Positions 10,290 through 20,069 of a DNA stretch of 64,000 bases are shown here, in pieces; the first letter of the stretch is position 1; every line of letters starts with the position of its first letter. The stretch covers positions 416,001 through 480,000 of the forward strand of contig CBDBCY010000004.1 in assembly GCA_965203555.1 (NCBI GenBank), read 5' to 3'. The notes below the pieces were generated by a model. The model made no database searches and was not told where the DNA came from. It saw only the letters and a list, made by a program, of their open reading frames with translations. The DNA comes from Acidimicrobiia bacterium (GTDB taxonomy: Bacteria; Actinomycetota; Acidimicrobiia; Spongiisociales; ZC4RG35). The translations under genes and the position numbers were made by a program.

Positions 10290-10988
10290 TTGCAGGTGAT
10301 ACCGGCCGTCGACATCCTGGAAGGCCGGGTGGTGAGGTTATTGCACGGCGACTATGGCAGGGTCACCCGCTATTCCGACAATCCGGTGGAAGTAGCGGGA
10401 CAGTGGATGTCCCAAGGCGCCGAACTGGTGCACGTGGTGGATCTGTCCGGCGCCCGATCAGGAGATCCCGACCGTCGTATATGGGAATCGATGGCGGGCG
10501 CCGGAATACCCTTTCAGGTCGGTGGAGGGATCCGTGACTCATCACTGGCCCAGGCTGCGCTTTCGGCCGGGGCCCGGAGAGTCGTGATGGGGACGGCGGC
10601 GGTCTGGAATCCGGATGTCCTGGGGAAAGTGGAACCGGTCGAGCGGGTGGTGGCGGCGCTGGACATCCGGGCGGGCCGGGCCAGGGGAGCGGGGTGGCTG
10701 GACGAGGGTCGTTCCGTCTCGAAGTCCGTGGCCGGTCTGCGCCGGGTCGGAGTGGAGCGGATACTGGTAACGGGGATCGAGCGGGACGGGGCGATGACCG
10801 GGCCGGACCTCGAACTCTTGGCAAAAGTGCAGGCCCTGTCGGACATGGCGGTGATCGCTTCCGGCGGGGTGGGGGATCTCGCCGATCTGGAGGCCGTGGC
10901 GACACTCGGATGCGAAGCGGTGATCGTGGGAAGGGCCCTGTACGAGAGACGCTTCACACTGGCAGAGGCAATCTCCGTCTCTACTTAG
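10290..10988 (+). CDS. hisA: ProFAR isomerase (HisA/PriA family)
   Basis: IPAVDILEGRVVRL, HVVDL, QVGGGIR, TGIERDG, IASGGV. Confidence 0.93.
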   Translation: MQVIPAVDILEGRVVRLLHGDYGRVTRYSDNPVEVAGQWMSQGAELVHVVDLSGARSGDPDRRIWESMAGAGIPFQVGGGIRDSSLAQAALSAGARRVVMGTAAVWNPDVLGKVEPVERVVAALDIRAGRARGAGWLDEGRSVSKSVAGLRRVGVERILVTGIERDGAMTGPDLELLAKVQALSDMAVIASGGVGDLADLEAVATLGCEAVIVGRALYERRFTLAEAISVST

Positions 10989-11803
10989 CCACCGCACCTT
11001 TGACGACGCGCCTCGAACAGCAGAACGGCCGCCGCCGCGCCGGCATTAAGAGAATCGACCGAGCCCGACATGGGAATAAGCACCTGCCGGTCGGCCCCTG
11101 ACAGCCACCGGTCCGACAATCCCGACCTCTCCGATCCGATCACCACCGCCACAGCCCCTCGCAGGTCGACATTCCAACACAACCGGTCCGCCGACGGACT
11201 GGTGGCGACTACCTTCACTCCCTGCTCCCGCAGCCATCTCGATGCCTCCCCGCCGGTAGCCACCGCCAGCGGGAGGGTGAAGAGCGACCCCAGGGAGGCC
11301 CGCACGACGTTGGGATTGAAGATGTCGGTGGCCGGATCGGCCACCACAACCGCCTCGACGCCAGCCGCTTCGGCGGTGCGGAGCATGGCCCCCAGATTGC
11401 CGGGTTTCTCCATCGACTCGACCACCAGCAGCAGGGGACAGGGGCCCAATCGCAACTCCGAAAGAGCCAGGCGCGGCTGGCGCAGCACCGCCAACAGCCC
11501 ATCAGGGTGGCCCCGGTAGGAAATTTTGCGAAATGCCGGCTGCGACAGTTCCACCACCTCCACACTCTCTTCCACCTTCTCCACCAACTCCTCCGCGCCT
11601 TCTGCCGCACAGAGGGAGGGGCACCAATAGACCGTCAGCATCTGATGCTGCCAAGCCAAGGCTCTGTCAACCTCCTTAACCCCCTCCACCAGGAAGACGT
11701 TCTCTCGGTCCCGCCCTCGACGAGTACGCAATCTCACCAGTGATTTGACTCGCCGGTTCCCAGGCGACGAAATGACTTCCCGCCGCCGGCCCATCCCCGT
11801 CAT
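10985..11803 (-). CDS. TrmH/SpoU family RNA methyltransferase
   Basis: EKPGNLGAMLRTA, IGSERSGLS, IPMSGSVDSLN. Confidence 0.92.
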   Translation of the reverse strand: MTGMGRRREVISSPGNRRVKSLVRLRTRRGRDRENVFLVEGVKEVDRALAWQHQMLTVYWCPSLCAAEGAEELVEKVEESVEVVELSQPAFRKISYRGHPDGLLAVLRQPRLALSELRLGPCPLLLVVESMEKPGNLGAMLRTAEAAGVEAVVVADPATDIFNPNVVRASLGSLFTLPLAVATGGEASRWLREQGVKVVATSPSADRLCWNVDLRGAVAVVIGSERSGLSDRWLSGADRQVLIPMSGSVDSLNAGAAAAVLLFEARRQRCGG

Positions 11804-12789
11804 CAGGTCGCTTTCCCCGGAGTTTTCCATCCCACCCGGTGAATGAACTCACGAAGGCCCACCAGGATCAAGACCGCCCACAGTGGAGCAGCTGGTCCAA
11901 CCGCCTCCGCCATTGGGACGTTGGACGCCGAGGCCCACGAGACTACCAGAAAAGCGATCACCAAACAACGCGCCAGCCTCACCCGTTCCGGTGATATCGC
12001 GTGGTCGGCGCGATCCGTGGGCGACTCCACCTCGATTCGCATCAAGCACAAGGCGGTACCCATTACCAGGCCTCCCGCCAGCAACATGTATTCCAACACC
12101 GACCCCAGCCAGAATCCGGCATCGTCCACCCTGCCGACCAGCAGCGCCGCGGCCGGCAGGCCAGCTGCGACCGCGGTGATGGCCAGCCTTCTCGCCAGGC
12201 CGGATCTGCCGTACGCCAAACACAAAGCGGCCATGACCACTGCACCCACATGAGCACGCCACTGCGGATCAGGCATCCCCAAGAGCGCATAGAAAACCGA
12301 CGCACCGAGTCCCACGGCTCCGGCTATCCACCGGTGGGAGGCGGTAGCCAACGGATAGGTCCAAGTGTCGAGAAACAGGGCGGCGGCCATCGCCATCCCG
12401 GCCCACCAGCCGTTCAGGGTTCCCGCAAAAACGATGGCGCCCATACCCAGCGCACCGGCTTCCCAGCGAGCCGGCGACAGTCCGCTGCCTCCCACCACAA
12501 CCTTGGCGACCAGCAGCATGACGAACAACACTCCCGCCTGCGTCTCCAACACCAGGGCCAGTGCCCCGCCGGCCAGCACCGTCATGTTGGCGGAGGCAGG
12601 ATGGTCGGGATCTATTTCCCGGCACAAAGCCCACGAGAGGTAGGCGGCCAGCCCCGCCTGGACACCTTCGGCCCACCCGCCCAGGACGAAACCCGCCGCC
12701 CCGAAACCGAATAGGGCGATCAGCGCCAGACGGTCGGTGAACCGCTCCGGGTCGAGCGGCCGGGTGATACTCACGCTGAACGTCGGCAT
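11803..12789 (-). CDS. Multi-pass membrane protein, unknown function
   Basis: About 10 hydrophobic segments; conserved-looking WALCREIDPDHP; translationally coupled to neighbours. Confidence 0.75.
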   Translation of the reverse strand: MPTFSVSITRPLDPERFTDRLALIALFGFGAAGFVLGGWAEGVQAGLAAYLSWALCREIDPDHPASANMTVLAGGALALVLETQAGVLFVMLLVAKVVVGGSGLSPARWEAGALGMGAIVFAGTLNGWWAGMAMAAALFLDTWTYPLATASHRWIAGAVGLGASVFYALLGMPDPQWRAHVGAVVMAALCLAYGRSGLARRLAITAVAAGLPAAALLVGRVDDAGFWLGSVLEYMLLAGGLVMGTALCLMRIEVESPTDRADHAISPERVRLARCLVIAFLVVSWASASNVPMAEAVGPAAPLWAVLILVGLREFIHRVGWKTPGKAT

Positions 12790-13907
12790 CAGGCGAACCG
12801 GTCCGGACTGAGGACGGTGGGATTCAAGCCATGATCAAGCAACCGGGAAGAAACCCCGGAGTCCAGCACCAGCGAGGCGGTCAACTCCCCGGCGGCCGGG
12901 GCGGTCTGGATGCCGGTGCCACCCTGGCCCACCAGCCAGAAGAACCCTTCGGCGTGGGGATCGAACCCGATCACCATCTCCCGGTCGGGAGCGAAGGTGC
13001 GAAGTCCCGTCCAGGATGAACGCACCGAACGGATCCCCAAAGTGGTGGCCTCGTTGATGCGCTCGATGGCCAGGGCAATGTCCAGCGGCTCGGGCCGGGC
13101 GTCGCAGGGAGGGGAGGGATTCTCCTCCGACAGCGAGCACAGCAGTTGGGCGCCGTCGGGCTTGAAGTACCACTCCATAGCCACGCTGGCCACCAGCGGC
13201 CAGTCCCTGTATTTCTCCGACCCCGGCGCCATGAAGACGGTCCGTCTCATGGGAGTGATACCCACCGGAGCTACACCGGCCAGGCGGGCGATCTCATCAC
13301 CCCACGCCCCGGCGGCATTCACCACCACCTCGGCCTGCAGAATCTCTCCACCCGCGGTCACTCTCCACCCTCCCCGAGTCTTCTCCAGGGCCTGGACGGG
13401 GGAAGAAACTCGGATTTGGGTTCCCCGATGCCGGGCCCCCCGTACGAAAGCCTGATGGATGGCGGCCACATCCATGTCGGCGGCGCCCGGTTCCCACACC
13501 GCCGCGGCCAGGCGTTCTTCCCGGAGGGCGGGACAGATCTTTTTGGCCTGCAGCGGTTCCAACCACTCCACCGGCGTACCTGTCTTATTGGCGTCTGCCT
13601 CCCATTCCCTGAGACCCTCTGCCTGGGAGTTTTCACCCACCAACATCCCGCCCCTCTCGGAAAGAAAGGGAAAGTCCGCCAATCCATCGGGAGGGTGATC
13701 GAAGAAACGGCGGCTGGCCATGGTCAGAGGGCGAATACCCGGGGATCCATAGGACTCGAACAACAAGGCGGCCGACCGTCCCGTAGTGTGATAAGCCAGA
13801 GTGGACTCGGCCTCCAGCAATACCACGTCCGCCCGTTCCGCAAGATAGAAGGCCGCGGCGACACCGGCGATCCCGCCTCCTACAACCGCCACCCGCAGGG
13901 CTCTCAC
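12789..13907 (-). CDS. FAD-dependent oxidoreductase (DAO/D-arginine dehydrogenase-like)
   Basis: VVGGGIAG, YHTTGRSAA, VVNAAGAW, WTGLRTFAPD, GQGGTGIQTAPA. Confidence 0.9.
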   Translation of the reverse strand: MRALRVAVVGGGIAGVAAAFYLAERADVVLLEAESTLAYHTTGRSAALLFESYGSPGIRPLTMASRRFFDHPPDGLADFPFLSERGGMLVGENSQAEGLREWEADANKTGTPVEWLEPLQAKKICPALREERLAAAVWEPGAADMDVAAIHQAFVRGARHRGTQIRVSSPVQALEKTRGGWRVTAGGEILQAEVVVNAAGAWGDEIARLAGVAPVGITPMRRTVFMAPGSEKYRDWPLVASVAMEWYFKPDGAQLLCSLSEENPSPPCDARPEPLDIALAIERINEATTLGIRSVRSSWTGLRTFAPDREMVIGFDPHAEGFFWLVGQGGTGIQTAPAAGELTASLVLDSGVSSRLLDHGLNPTVLSPDRFA

Positions 13908-13916
13908 CCCAGGTCT

Positions 13917-14411
13917 CTACAGGTACAGACCGGGCGCCGGCCGATCTTCCCGCTCATGCCGGCCCGCCATCAGTTTGGCTCGTTGGGCGGCCCGGGCCTG
14001 AGCGACCATCTGCTTGGTGACCAAGCTGGCTTGAATACCCTGGAAGAGTCCCTCCAACCACCCGATCAACTGGGCCTGGGCGATGCGTACCTCCGAAGAA
14101 GTCGGAGGGTCGTCCCCCAGCAGCGGTTCGAACATGCGGTCGAACTCGGACAGGAGATGGTCGCCCAACACGTCGCGCAATTCGTGCAGGGAACGATCGT
14201 GAATCTTGGATATGAGGTTGCGCCCGGACTCATCGGGGGTAGCGGTCCGTACTTCCTCCAGGACCGCCTTCGTCATGGTGGCGATCCTGATCAACTTGGC
14301 CGGTTCGGTGACCTCCGCATCCCCGTCATCAGCAGACGAGTCCTCCCCGGCCGGTGAGGCCAAAGTCACTTCTTCCACCAGGTCGGGACGCAGAGTTTGT
14401 TCTGAGGGCAT
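13917..14411 (-). CDS. bpa: Bacterial proteasome activator Bpa/PafE
   Basis: PAKLIRIATM..LEEVR, RIAQAQLIGWLEGLFQGIQ, C-terminal GLYL (HbYX-like, cf. GQYL). Confidence 0.9.
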   Translation of the reverse strand: MPSEQTLRPDLVEEVTLASPAGEDSSADDGDAEVTEPAKLIRIATMTKAVLEEVRTATPDESGRNLISKIHDRSLHELRDVLGDHLLSEFDRMFEPLLGDDPPTSSEVRIAQAQLIGWLEGLFQGIQASLVTKQMVAQARAAQRAKLMAGRHEREDRPAPGLYL

Positions 14412-14467
14412 AGCTATCAGGCTACCTCGATGACAGGTGCAGGCAAGCCAGGCTCAAGCCACCCGTC

Positions 14468-15160
14468 CTACAGAGGTATCTCGGCGCCGTTGAGCAACCA
14501 TGCCTGCGGTGAGAGCAGGAATTCGGCGACGGCAGCCACGTCATCGGGGGTGGGCCAGAGGCTGTGGTCGGCGTCGGGCATGGCCTCTCGAGAGGCCGGG
14601 GTATCGATTACCGACGGCACCAGGACCGAGACCGAAACGGCGGTTTTCCGAAGTTCGGCCGCCAGGGTGCGGCCCAGGGCCACCACCCCCGCCTTGGCGA
14701 TGTTGAAGGCGGCCTGTCCGGGGGGAGTCTTGAAGGCGGCCCGGCTTGCGGTCAGCACTACACGAGCCCATTCGGCACGGCGCAGGTAGGGGAGAGCCGC
14801 CCGCACCACCGTGAAAGCGGAGCGAAGATTGCTGTCGAGCATCCTCTCCAGTCGCAGATCCGAGGTTTTCTCGATGCTCCTGCCTCCCGCCCAGGCGCCG
14901 GCCAGGCAGGCCAGACCCGCAAGGTCACAATCGTTATCCATCAACTCCGTAAAGAACCTTTCCACGGCGCGAGAGTCAGTCACATCCACCCTGCGGAGGC
15001 TGATCCGGTCGTGATGGGTGCCGAACCGGTCCTCAAAACCCGCCGCATCGGCGGGTATGAGGTAAGTGATGGCCAGGCGCAGATCTTTGTTGCGCAACAA
15101 CCTGCTGGTGAGAGCCTGCCCCAGCCAGCCGGTCCCGCCGGTAATAACCACCGTTCTCAT
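14468..15160 (-). CDS. SDR family oxidoreductase
   Basis: VITGGTGWLG, FNIAK (YxxxK variant), PSVIDTP. Confidence 0.85.
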   Translation of the reverse strand: MRTVVITGGTGWLGQALTSRLLRNKDLRLAITYLIPADAAGFEDRFGTHHDRISLRRVDVTDSRAVERFFTELMDNDCDLAGLACLAGAWAGGRSIEKTSDLRLERMLDSNLRSAFTVVRAALPYLRRAEWARVVLTASRAAFKTPPGQAAFNIAKAGVVALGRTLAAELRKTAVSVSVLVPSVIDTPASREAMPDADHSLWPTPDDVAAVAEFLLSPQAWLLNGAEIPL

Positions 15161-15345
15161 ATCCCTTCAATTGTGGCAGATCGAGGTAACGATTGTGGCA
15201 GATCGGGGTGACGATTCGCACCTTTTTCCGAAGGATCGGAAAGTGGTACGGACGGCATCACGAGGTACGACCGGCATCATGACGTCGACGCGGCGACCGG
15301 ACCTGACGCCCGCCGCTTTCCATATCTGCCTAGTCTCGGGTATCG

Positions 15346-16413
15346 ATGTCCACCCTGGCGATCACCGGACTGCCCAACAGCGGAAAGAGTTCCCTGTTTG
15401 CCGCGCTGACCGGGCGCTACGAAGGAATTGCGCCGTTTCCTTTCTCGACAACCGCAACCCGAGTCGGGGTCCTGCCCATCGAAGACTCCCTGCTCGGCGA
15501 ACTGGGCCGGTTGGAGGGATCCGCTCGTATCACCCGCGCTTTCCTGGAGGTGACGGACACCCCTCCCCGGAATCGCTCGGGAGGGGAGATCGACGCCGAA
15601 ACCGTGGGCAAGATTCGTCAGGCCGACTGCCTGGTCGTGGTCCTCGGCGCCTTTTCGGATCCGGCCACGCCCGAAGGCGCCTCGAAGGCCGACCCTGCCC
15701 AACAGGTGGAGGAAACCATATTGGACCTGGCATTGAACGATGCGGACATCTTTGAACGCTCTCTTCTGCGCTTACGCAATCAGGCCACCTCCCGGCCGGA
15801 ACGGCGACTGGCTTACCGGACAGTGGCCAAGGCTGCTGAGATCACCCGGGAGGGACGGCTGTTGAGATCGACACCTTGGTCGGAAAGCGAATTGACCGCG
15901 TTGGGAGACTTTGCTCCCCTCACTCTCAAACCGCTGGTCTGGGTGATCAATGCCGACGAGGACCGGCTTTCCGATTCTTTCGAGGAAACCAGGACGGTGA
16001 CGCCCTCCGGCGACCCGGTGGTAACGGTCACCGCGCAATTGGAGGCCGAAGCCGCATCACTGGATCCCCGGGACCAGACCGAAATGAGAGAGGCATTCGG
16101 GTTGGGAGAGGGAGCAGCCGCCACCATTTCCCGGGCCGCGCTCAAGGCGTTGGACCTTTGCACCTTCATAACCGCCAACGTCCGGGAAACCCGCGCCTGG
16201 TTGACCCCGGTGGGCTCGAGCGCCCGGCGAGCGGCGGGCAAGGTCCACTCCGACATGGAAAGGGGATTCATAAGGGCCGAAGTGGCAAGCGCGGCGAGTG
16301 TGATCCGGGCCGGAGGATGGGAGACGGCGCGCCGCAGCGGTGCGGTGCGGGTCGAGGGCCGGGACTACCCGGTGCAGCCCCAGGACATTCTCCGGATCCG
16401 TTTTTCTGTTTAG
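15346..16413 (+). CDS. ychF: YchF-like P-loop ATPase (divergent)
   Basis: GLPNSGKS, LTLKP, ETRAW, AGKVHSDMERGFIRAEV, EGRDYPVQPQDILRIRFSV. Confidence 0.8.
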   Translation: MSTLAITGLPNSGKSSLFAALTGRYEGIAPFPFSTTATRVGVLPIEDSLLGELGRLEGSARITRAFLEVTDTPPRNRSGGEIDAETVGKIRQADCLVVVLGAFSDPATPEGASKADPAQQVEETILDLALNDADIFERSLLRLRNQATSRPERRLAYRTVAKAAEITREGRLLRSTPWSESELTALGDFAPLTLKPLVWVINADEDRLSDSFEETRTVTPSGDPVVTVTAQLEAEAASLDPRDQTEMREAFGLGEGAAATISRAALKALDLCTFITANVRETRAWLTPVGSSARRAAGKVHSDMERGFIRAEVASAASVIRAGGWETARRSGAVRVEGRDYPVQPQDILRIRFSV

Positions 16414-16457
16414 GTTCCAAAAAAAAGCGGCCTCGATATTGTATTGTTATCCCACTA

Positions 16458-18677
16458 GTGACCCCTGTACTGGCCGCTTCTGAATCAGGAGGGTTGAGCC
16501 TCCTGGACGAACACCAGTTGTTCGTCTTCCTGATTCAATTGACTCTGCTGGTGGGAACCGCCCGGTTGCTGGGAGGCATTGCCAACAAGATGCGCCAACC
16601 GCCGGTGGTTGGACAGCTAATTGCCGGGGTATTGATCGGTCCCAGCGTGCTGGGCCAGTTCTACCCGAACACCTTCGAGTGGATCTTCGCCGACTCGACC
16701 GTGGGATCGGTCATATACGGGTTGGCCTGGCTGGCGGTGATCATGGTGCTGGTCGTGATCGGGTATGAGACCGACCTGGGCATCATCATGCGTCTGCGCA
16801 AGGCCGCCGTCAACGTCTCCGCCGGCGCTCTGCTGGCGCCCTTGGTGGTGGTAGGGCTGGTGGCGTTGTTGACCCCGTCTTCTTTCATAGGGGACACCAG
16901 CAGGGGTCTGTACGCGGCATTCATGGCGCTGGCCCTGTCGGTGGCTGCTCTGCCGGTGGTAGCCAAGATTCTCCTCGATCTGGGAATGTTGCGACGCAAC
17001 TTCGGCCAGGTGACCTTGGCGGTGAGCATGACCATGGACTCCGTGGGGTGGTTGATCCTGGCGGGGCTGGCAGGTATCGCTCAGGAAGGGTTCGAACCGA
17101 CCCGGTTACTTACTTCCCTGGGAGGTCTGGTCTTGTTCGTGGCACTGGCCGCCACGGTCGGCAAGTGGATGCTCAACCATGCGATGCGCCTGGCTTTACG
17201 TAGCGGTTGGAACCTCCAAGCTGCCCTCACAGTCAGCCTCGTGGCAGCTATCGGTGGGGGGGCGATAACCCATGTCCTGGGCCTTGAGGCCATCCTGGGC
17301 GCTTTCATCGTGGGGATCATCCTCGCCACGTTGCGCTACCAGATCGGCGAAGTGCGTCATGTATTGGAAATCATGACCGACTCCTTTTTCGCCCCCATCT
17401 TCTTTGCCTTCAGCGGACTGCGGGTGGACATATCACTGCTGGCCAGCCCCAGCGCCGTCATCTGGACGGTGACGCTCATCGTGCTGGCGGTGGCCGCCAA
17501 GGTGTTCGGCACCCTGGTGGGCGCCCGGAAGGCAGGCCTCACCTTCCGGGAAGGCCTGGCCTTGGGATCAGGTCTGTCGGCGCTTGGCGCCATGGGAATC
17601 GTGGTCGCCCTGGTGGGCCTGAGTCTGGGAGTTCTGAGCGACACCGGATACACCGTGATCGTTCTGGCCGCCATCGTAACCTCGCTGATCGCTCCGATCA
17701 TGCTGAAGCTGGCTGTGAAGGGAATGGAGGCTGGAGAGGAGGAGCAGTCTCGCTTGGAATCGGAAGCCATTCGGTCGCAGTCCCAGATTCTGGGTTCAGA
17801 ACGAATCCTTATTCCCACCCGAGGAGGCGCCAACAGCGTCTATGCAGCCAACCAACTCAAGATCCTGTTTCCGGCGGCCGAAATAACGGTGCTGGCGGTC
17901 ACCGGCCAGCGGGGCAGTTGGATAAAGCGATTGATCGGCGCCGAGGTCACCCGGGACGCCGGCCCCGAAGAAGCTATGAAAGCACTGGGGTCCGATCGGC
18001 ACCGACTGATCCGTCGACAGCGAAGGGACCCTGCGGAAGCTATTCTCGGCGAGGCCACACTCGGCTATGACCTGGTGGTGCTAGGCGCCACCGAGCCCGC
18101 CGACGAGAGCGAAGTCTTCTCCTCGGTGATCGACCGGGTGCTGTCCAAGCTGGAGCTGCCGGCCCTTATTTTCCGATATCCCAGCCCGGACCCGGAGGGC
18201 AGGCTCCCTGACTCGGCGCCTCTCGCCGTCAACCGGGTGCTGCTGTCTGTGGAGTCGAACCGGGCCTCCCGCGCCGCAGAGGAGGTGGCATACTCTCTGG
18301 CGGCGCACAACGACGGCTTGGTCTTGGCATTGCATCTGATCGCAGAGGCTGCCGACGGACCGTTTCACTTCGACATGCTGAGCAGCGCCCAGAACTACAT
18401 GACGGGCCTGGAGATGGTGGAGGAATCGGTGGCCTTCGGGGAACGACTGGGCGCGAGAGTGGATGCCGATGTCAAGCCGGTGGCCCAGCCGGTGGGAGAC
18501 TTGGTGGAGACCGCCAACACAGGGAATTGGGATCTTCTGGTGATGGGCGCCACCAGCCGGCCACTCACCAATCGACCCTTCTTCGGATACGGCATGTCCT
18601 ATGTTCTCAAATATGTCACCATCCCGATGGTGATCGTGTCCATTCCCGACGTTGTATCCCGCTATACGCCCCGCTGA
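16458..18677 (+). CDS. CPA2 cation:proton antiporter with two C-terminal universal-stress-protein domains
   Basis: RQPPVVGQLIAGVLIGPS, SVAALPV, FFAPIFF; USP-like ILIPTRGG...YDLVVLGA and VLLSV...WDLLVMGA; start uncertain. Confidence 0.85.
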   Translation: MTPVLAASESGGLSLLDEHQLFVFLIQLTLLVGTARLLGGIANKMRQPPVVGQLIAGVLIGPSVLGQFYPNTFEWIFADSTVGSVIYGLAWLAVIMVLVVIGYETDLGIIMRLRKAAVNVSAGALLAPLVVVGLVALLTPSSFIGDTSRGLYAAFMALALSVAALPVVAKILLDLGMLRRNFGQVTLAVSMTMDSVGWLILAGLAGIAQEGFEPTRLLTSLGGLVLFVALAATVGKWMLNHAMRLALRSGWNLQAALTVSLVAAIGGGAITHVLGLEAILGAFIVGIILATLRYQIGEVRHVLEIMTDSFFAPIFFAFSGLRVDISLLASPSAVIWTVTLIVLAVAAKVFGTLVGARKAGLTFREGLALGSGLSALGAMGIVVALVGLSLGVLSDTGYTVIVLAAIVTSLIAPIMLKLAVKGMEAGEEEQSRLESEAIRSQSQILGSERILIPTRGGANSVYAANQLKILFPAAEITVLAVTGQRGSWIKRLIGAEVTRDAGPEEAMKALGSDRHRLIRRQRRDPAEAILGEATLGYDLVVLGATEPADESEVFSSVIDRVLSKLELPALIFRYPSPDPEGRLPDSAPLAVNRVLLSVESNRASRAAEEVAYSLAAHNDGLVLALHLIAEAADGPFHFDMLSSAQNYMTGLEMVEESVAFGERLGARVDADVKPVAQPVGDLVETANTGNWDLLVMGATSRPLTNRPFFGYGMSYVLKYVTIPMVIVSIPDVVSRYTPR

Positions 18678-18845
18678 TCCCGGGTGGGAGGCTTATTCGT
18701 CGGCCTCCTGCGGGATTGGGGAGTGTCGAATCCGGTCGTGGTAGCGGTCTTCATCCCAATCCCGCCCCGACCGGTATCCTGCCTGCTCCCTTACCGGCGG
18801 TTATGATTCAAATGGGCTTCGCAAAACCGAGGAAGGATTAGCAAA

Positions 18846-20048
18846 TTGTCTTCCATCAAATTCGAAAGAGTCGGAAAGGTATATCCGGGAGGCACCAGAG
18901 CGATCACCGACGTCAGCATCGAGGTTGCCGACGGAGAATTCGTGGTGCTGGTCGGCCCGTCAGGATGCGGCAAGTCGACCCTGCTGAGAATGGTGGCCGG
19001 CTTGGAAGAGGTGACCGAGGGAACCCTTCGGATCGGCGACAAGGTGGTTAACGAGGTCTCACCCAAAGATCGCGACATTGCCATGGTGTTCCAGAACTAT
19101 GCGCTCTATCCCCACATGAGCGTGTTCGACAACATGGCGTTCGGTTTGAAGATGCGCCGCATGCCCCGCGAGGAGATCAGGCAGAAGGTTCGAGAAGCGG
19201 CATCCATCCTGGAGATATCGGAGTTGATGGACCGCAAGCCCAAGTCGCTGTCGGGCGGACAGCGCCAGCGCGTGGCCATGGGAAGGGCGATCGTGAGGGA
19301 ACCGGCAGCTTTCCTTATGGATGAGCCTCTCTCGAATCTCGACGCCAAACTGCGGGTCCAGATGCGCGCTGAATTGGGAATCCTGCACAAGCGCCTACAG
19401 ACCACCACTCTGTATGTGACCCACGACCAGGTGGAGGCAATGACAATGGGCGACCGAGTGGCGGTCTTGCGCAAAGCCAGCGAAGACCAGACCAACCTGC
19501 AACAGATCGACACTCCCAGGGTGCTCTACGATCACCCTGCCAACCTGTTCGTCGCCGGGTTCATAGGCTCGCCTTCCATGAATTTCGTCTATGGCAGCAT
19601 CAAAGCGCGGGGCGCCGAAGTCTCTCTCATCTTTGCCGACGAAGAGGTCGCCCTCCCCGGTTCGGTGATGTCCGAACATCCCCGGTTGGCCTCTTACACA
19701 GACCGGCAGATTGTGGTGGGCATCAGACCCGAGGCTTTCGACATCTACTCCCCGGCGTCGGAACGCGAGGGACCGGCGGCCATCGCCGCCGATGCAACCC
19801 TGGTGGAGCAATTGGGGTCCGAGGCGTATGTCCACTTCAGCAAACCGGCGCCTCCGGTGATCACCCCCGACATTCGAGAACTCCTGGAGGACGAAGGAAG
19901 CGACGTTTCGTCTCTTGGTGACACCACCAAATTCGTGGCCCGCGTCAACCCCGATCTGGCCCCCAGCGGCGGAGACCGGATTCAATTGCTTGTCGACACC
20001 TCCAAGTTGCACTTCTTCGACGACGAGACCGGTAGCGCCATCACCTAG
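18846..20048 (+). CDS. Carbohydrate ABC transporter ATP-binding protein (MalK/MsiK/UgpC family)
   Basis: GPSGCGKST, VFQNYALYPHM, LSGGQRQR, DEPLSNLD, TOBE domain; no permease genes adjacent. Confidence 0.95.
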   Translation: MSSIKFERVGKVYPGGTRAITDVSIEVADGEFVVLVGPSGCGKSTLLRMVAGLEEVTEGTLRIGDKVVNEVSPKDRDIAMVFQNYALYPHMSVFDNMAFGLKMRRMPREEIRQKVREAASILEISELMDRKPKSLSGGQRQRVAMGRAIVREPAAFLMDEPLSNLDAKLRVQMRAELGILHKRLQTTTLYVTHDQVEAMTMGDRVAVLRKASEDQTNLQQIDTPRVLYDHPANLFVAGFIGSPSMNFVYGSIKARGAEVSLIFADEEVALPGSVMSEHPRLASYTDRQIVVGIRPEAFDIYSPASEREGPAAIAADATLVEQLGSEAYVHFSKPAPPVITPDIRELLEDEGSDVSSLGDTTKFVARVNPDLAPSGGDRIQLLVDTSKLHFFDDETGSAIT

Positions 20049-20069
20049 AACCACGAATGGGCTGACACC

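Noticed and set aside
15876-16457. N-terminal extension of the 933-aa ORF
   Set aside because: Overlaps ychF in another frame; antiporter homology starts near 16458
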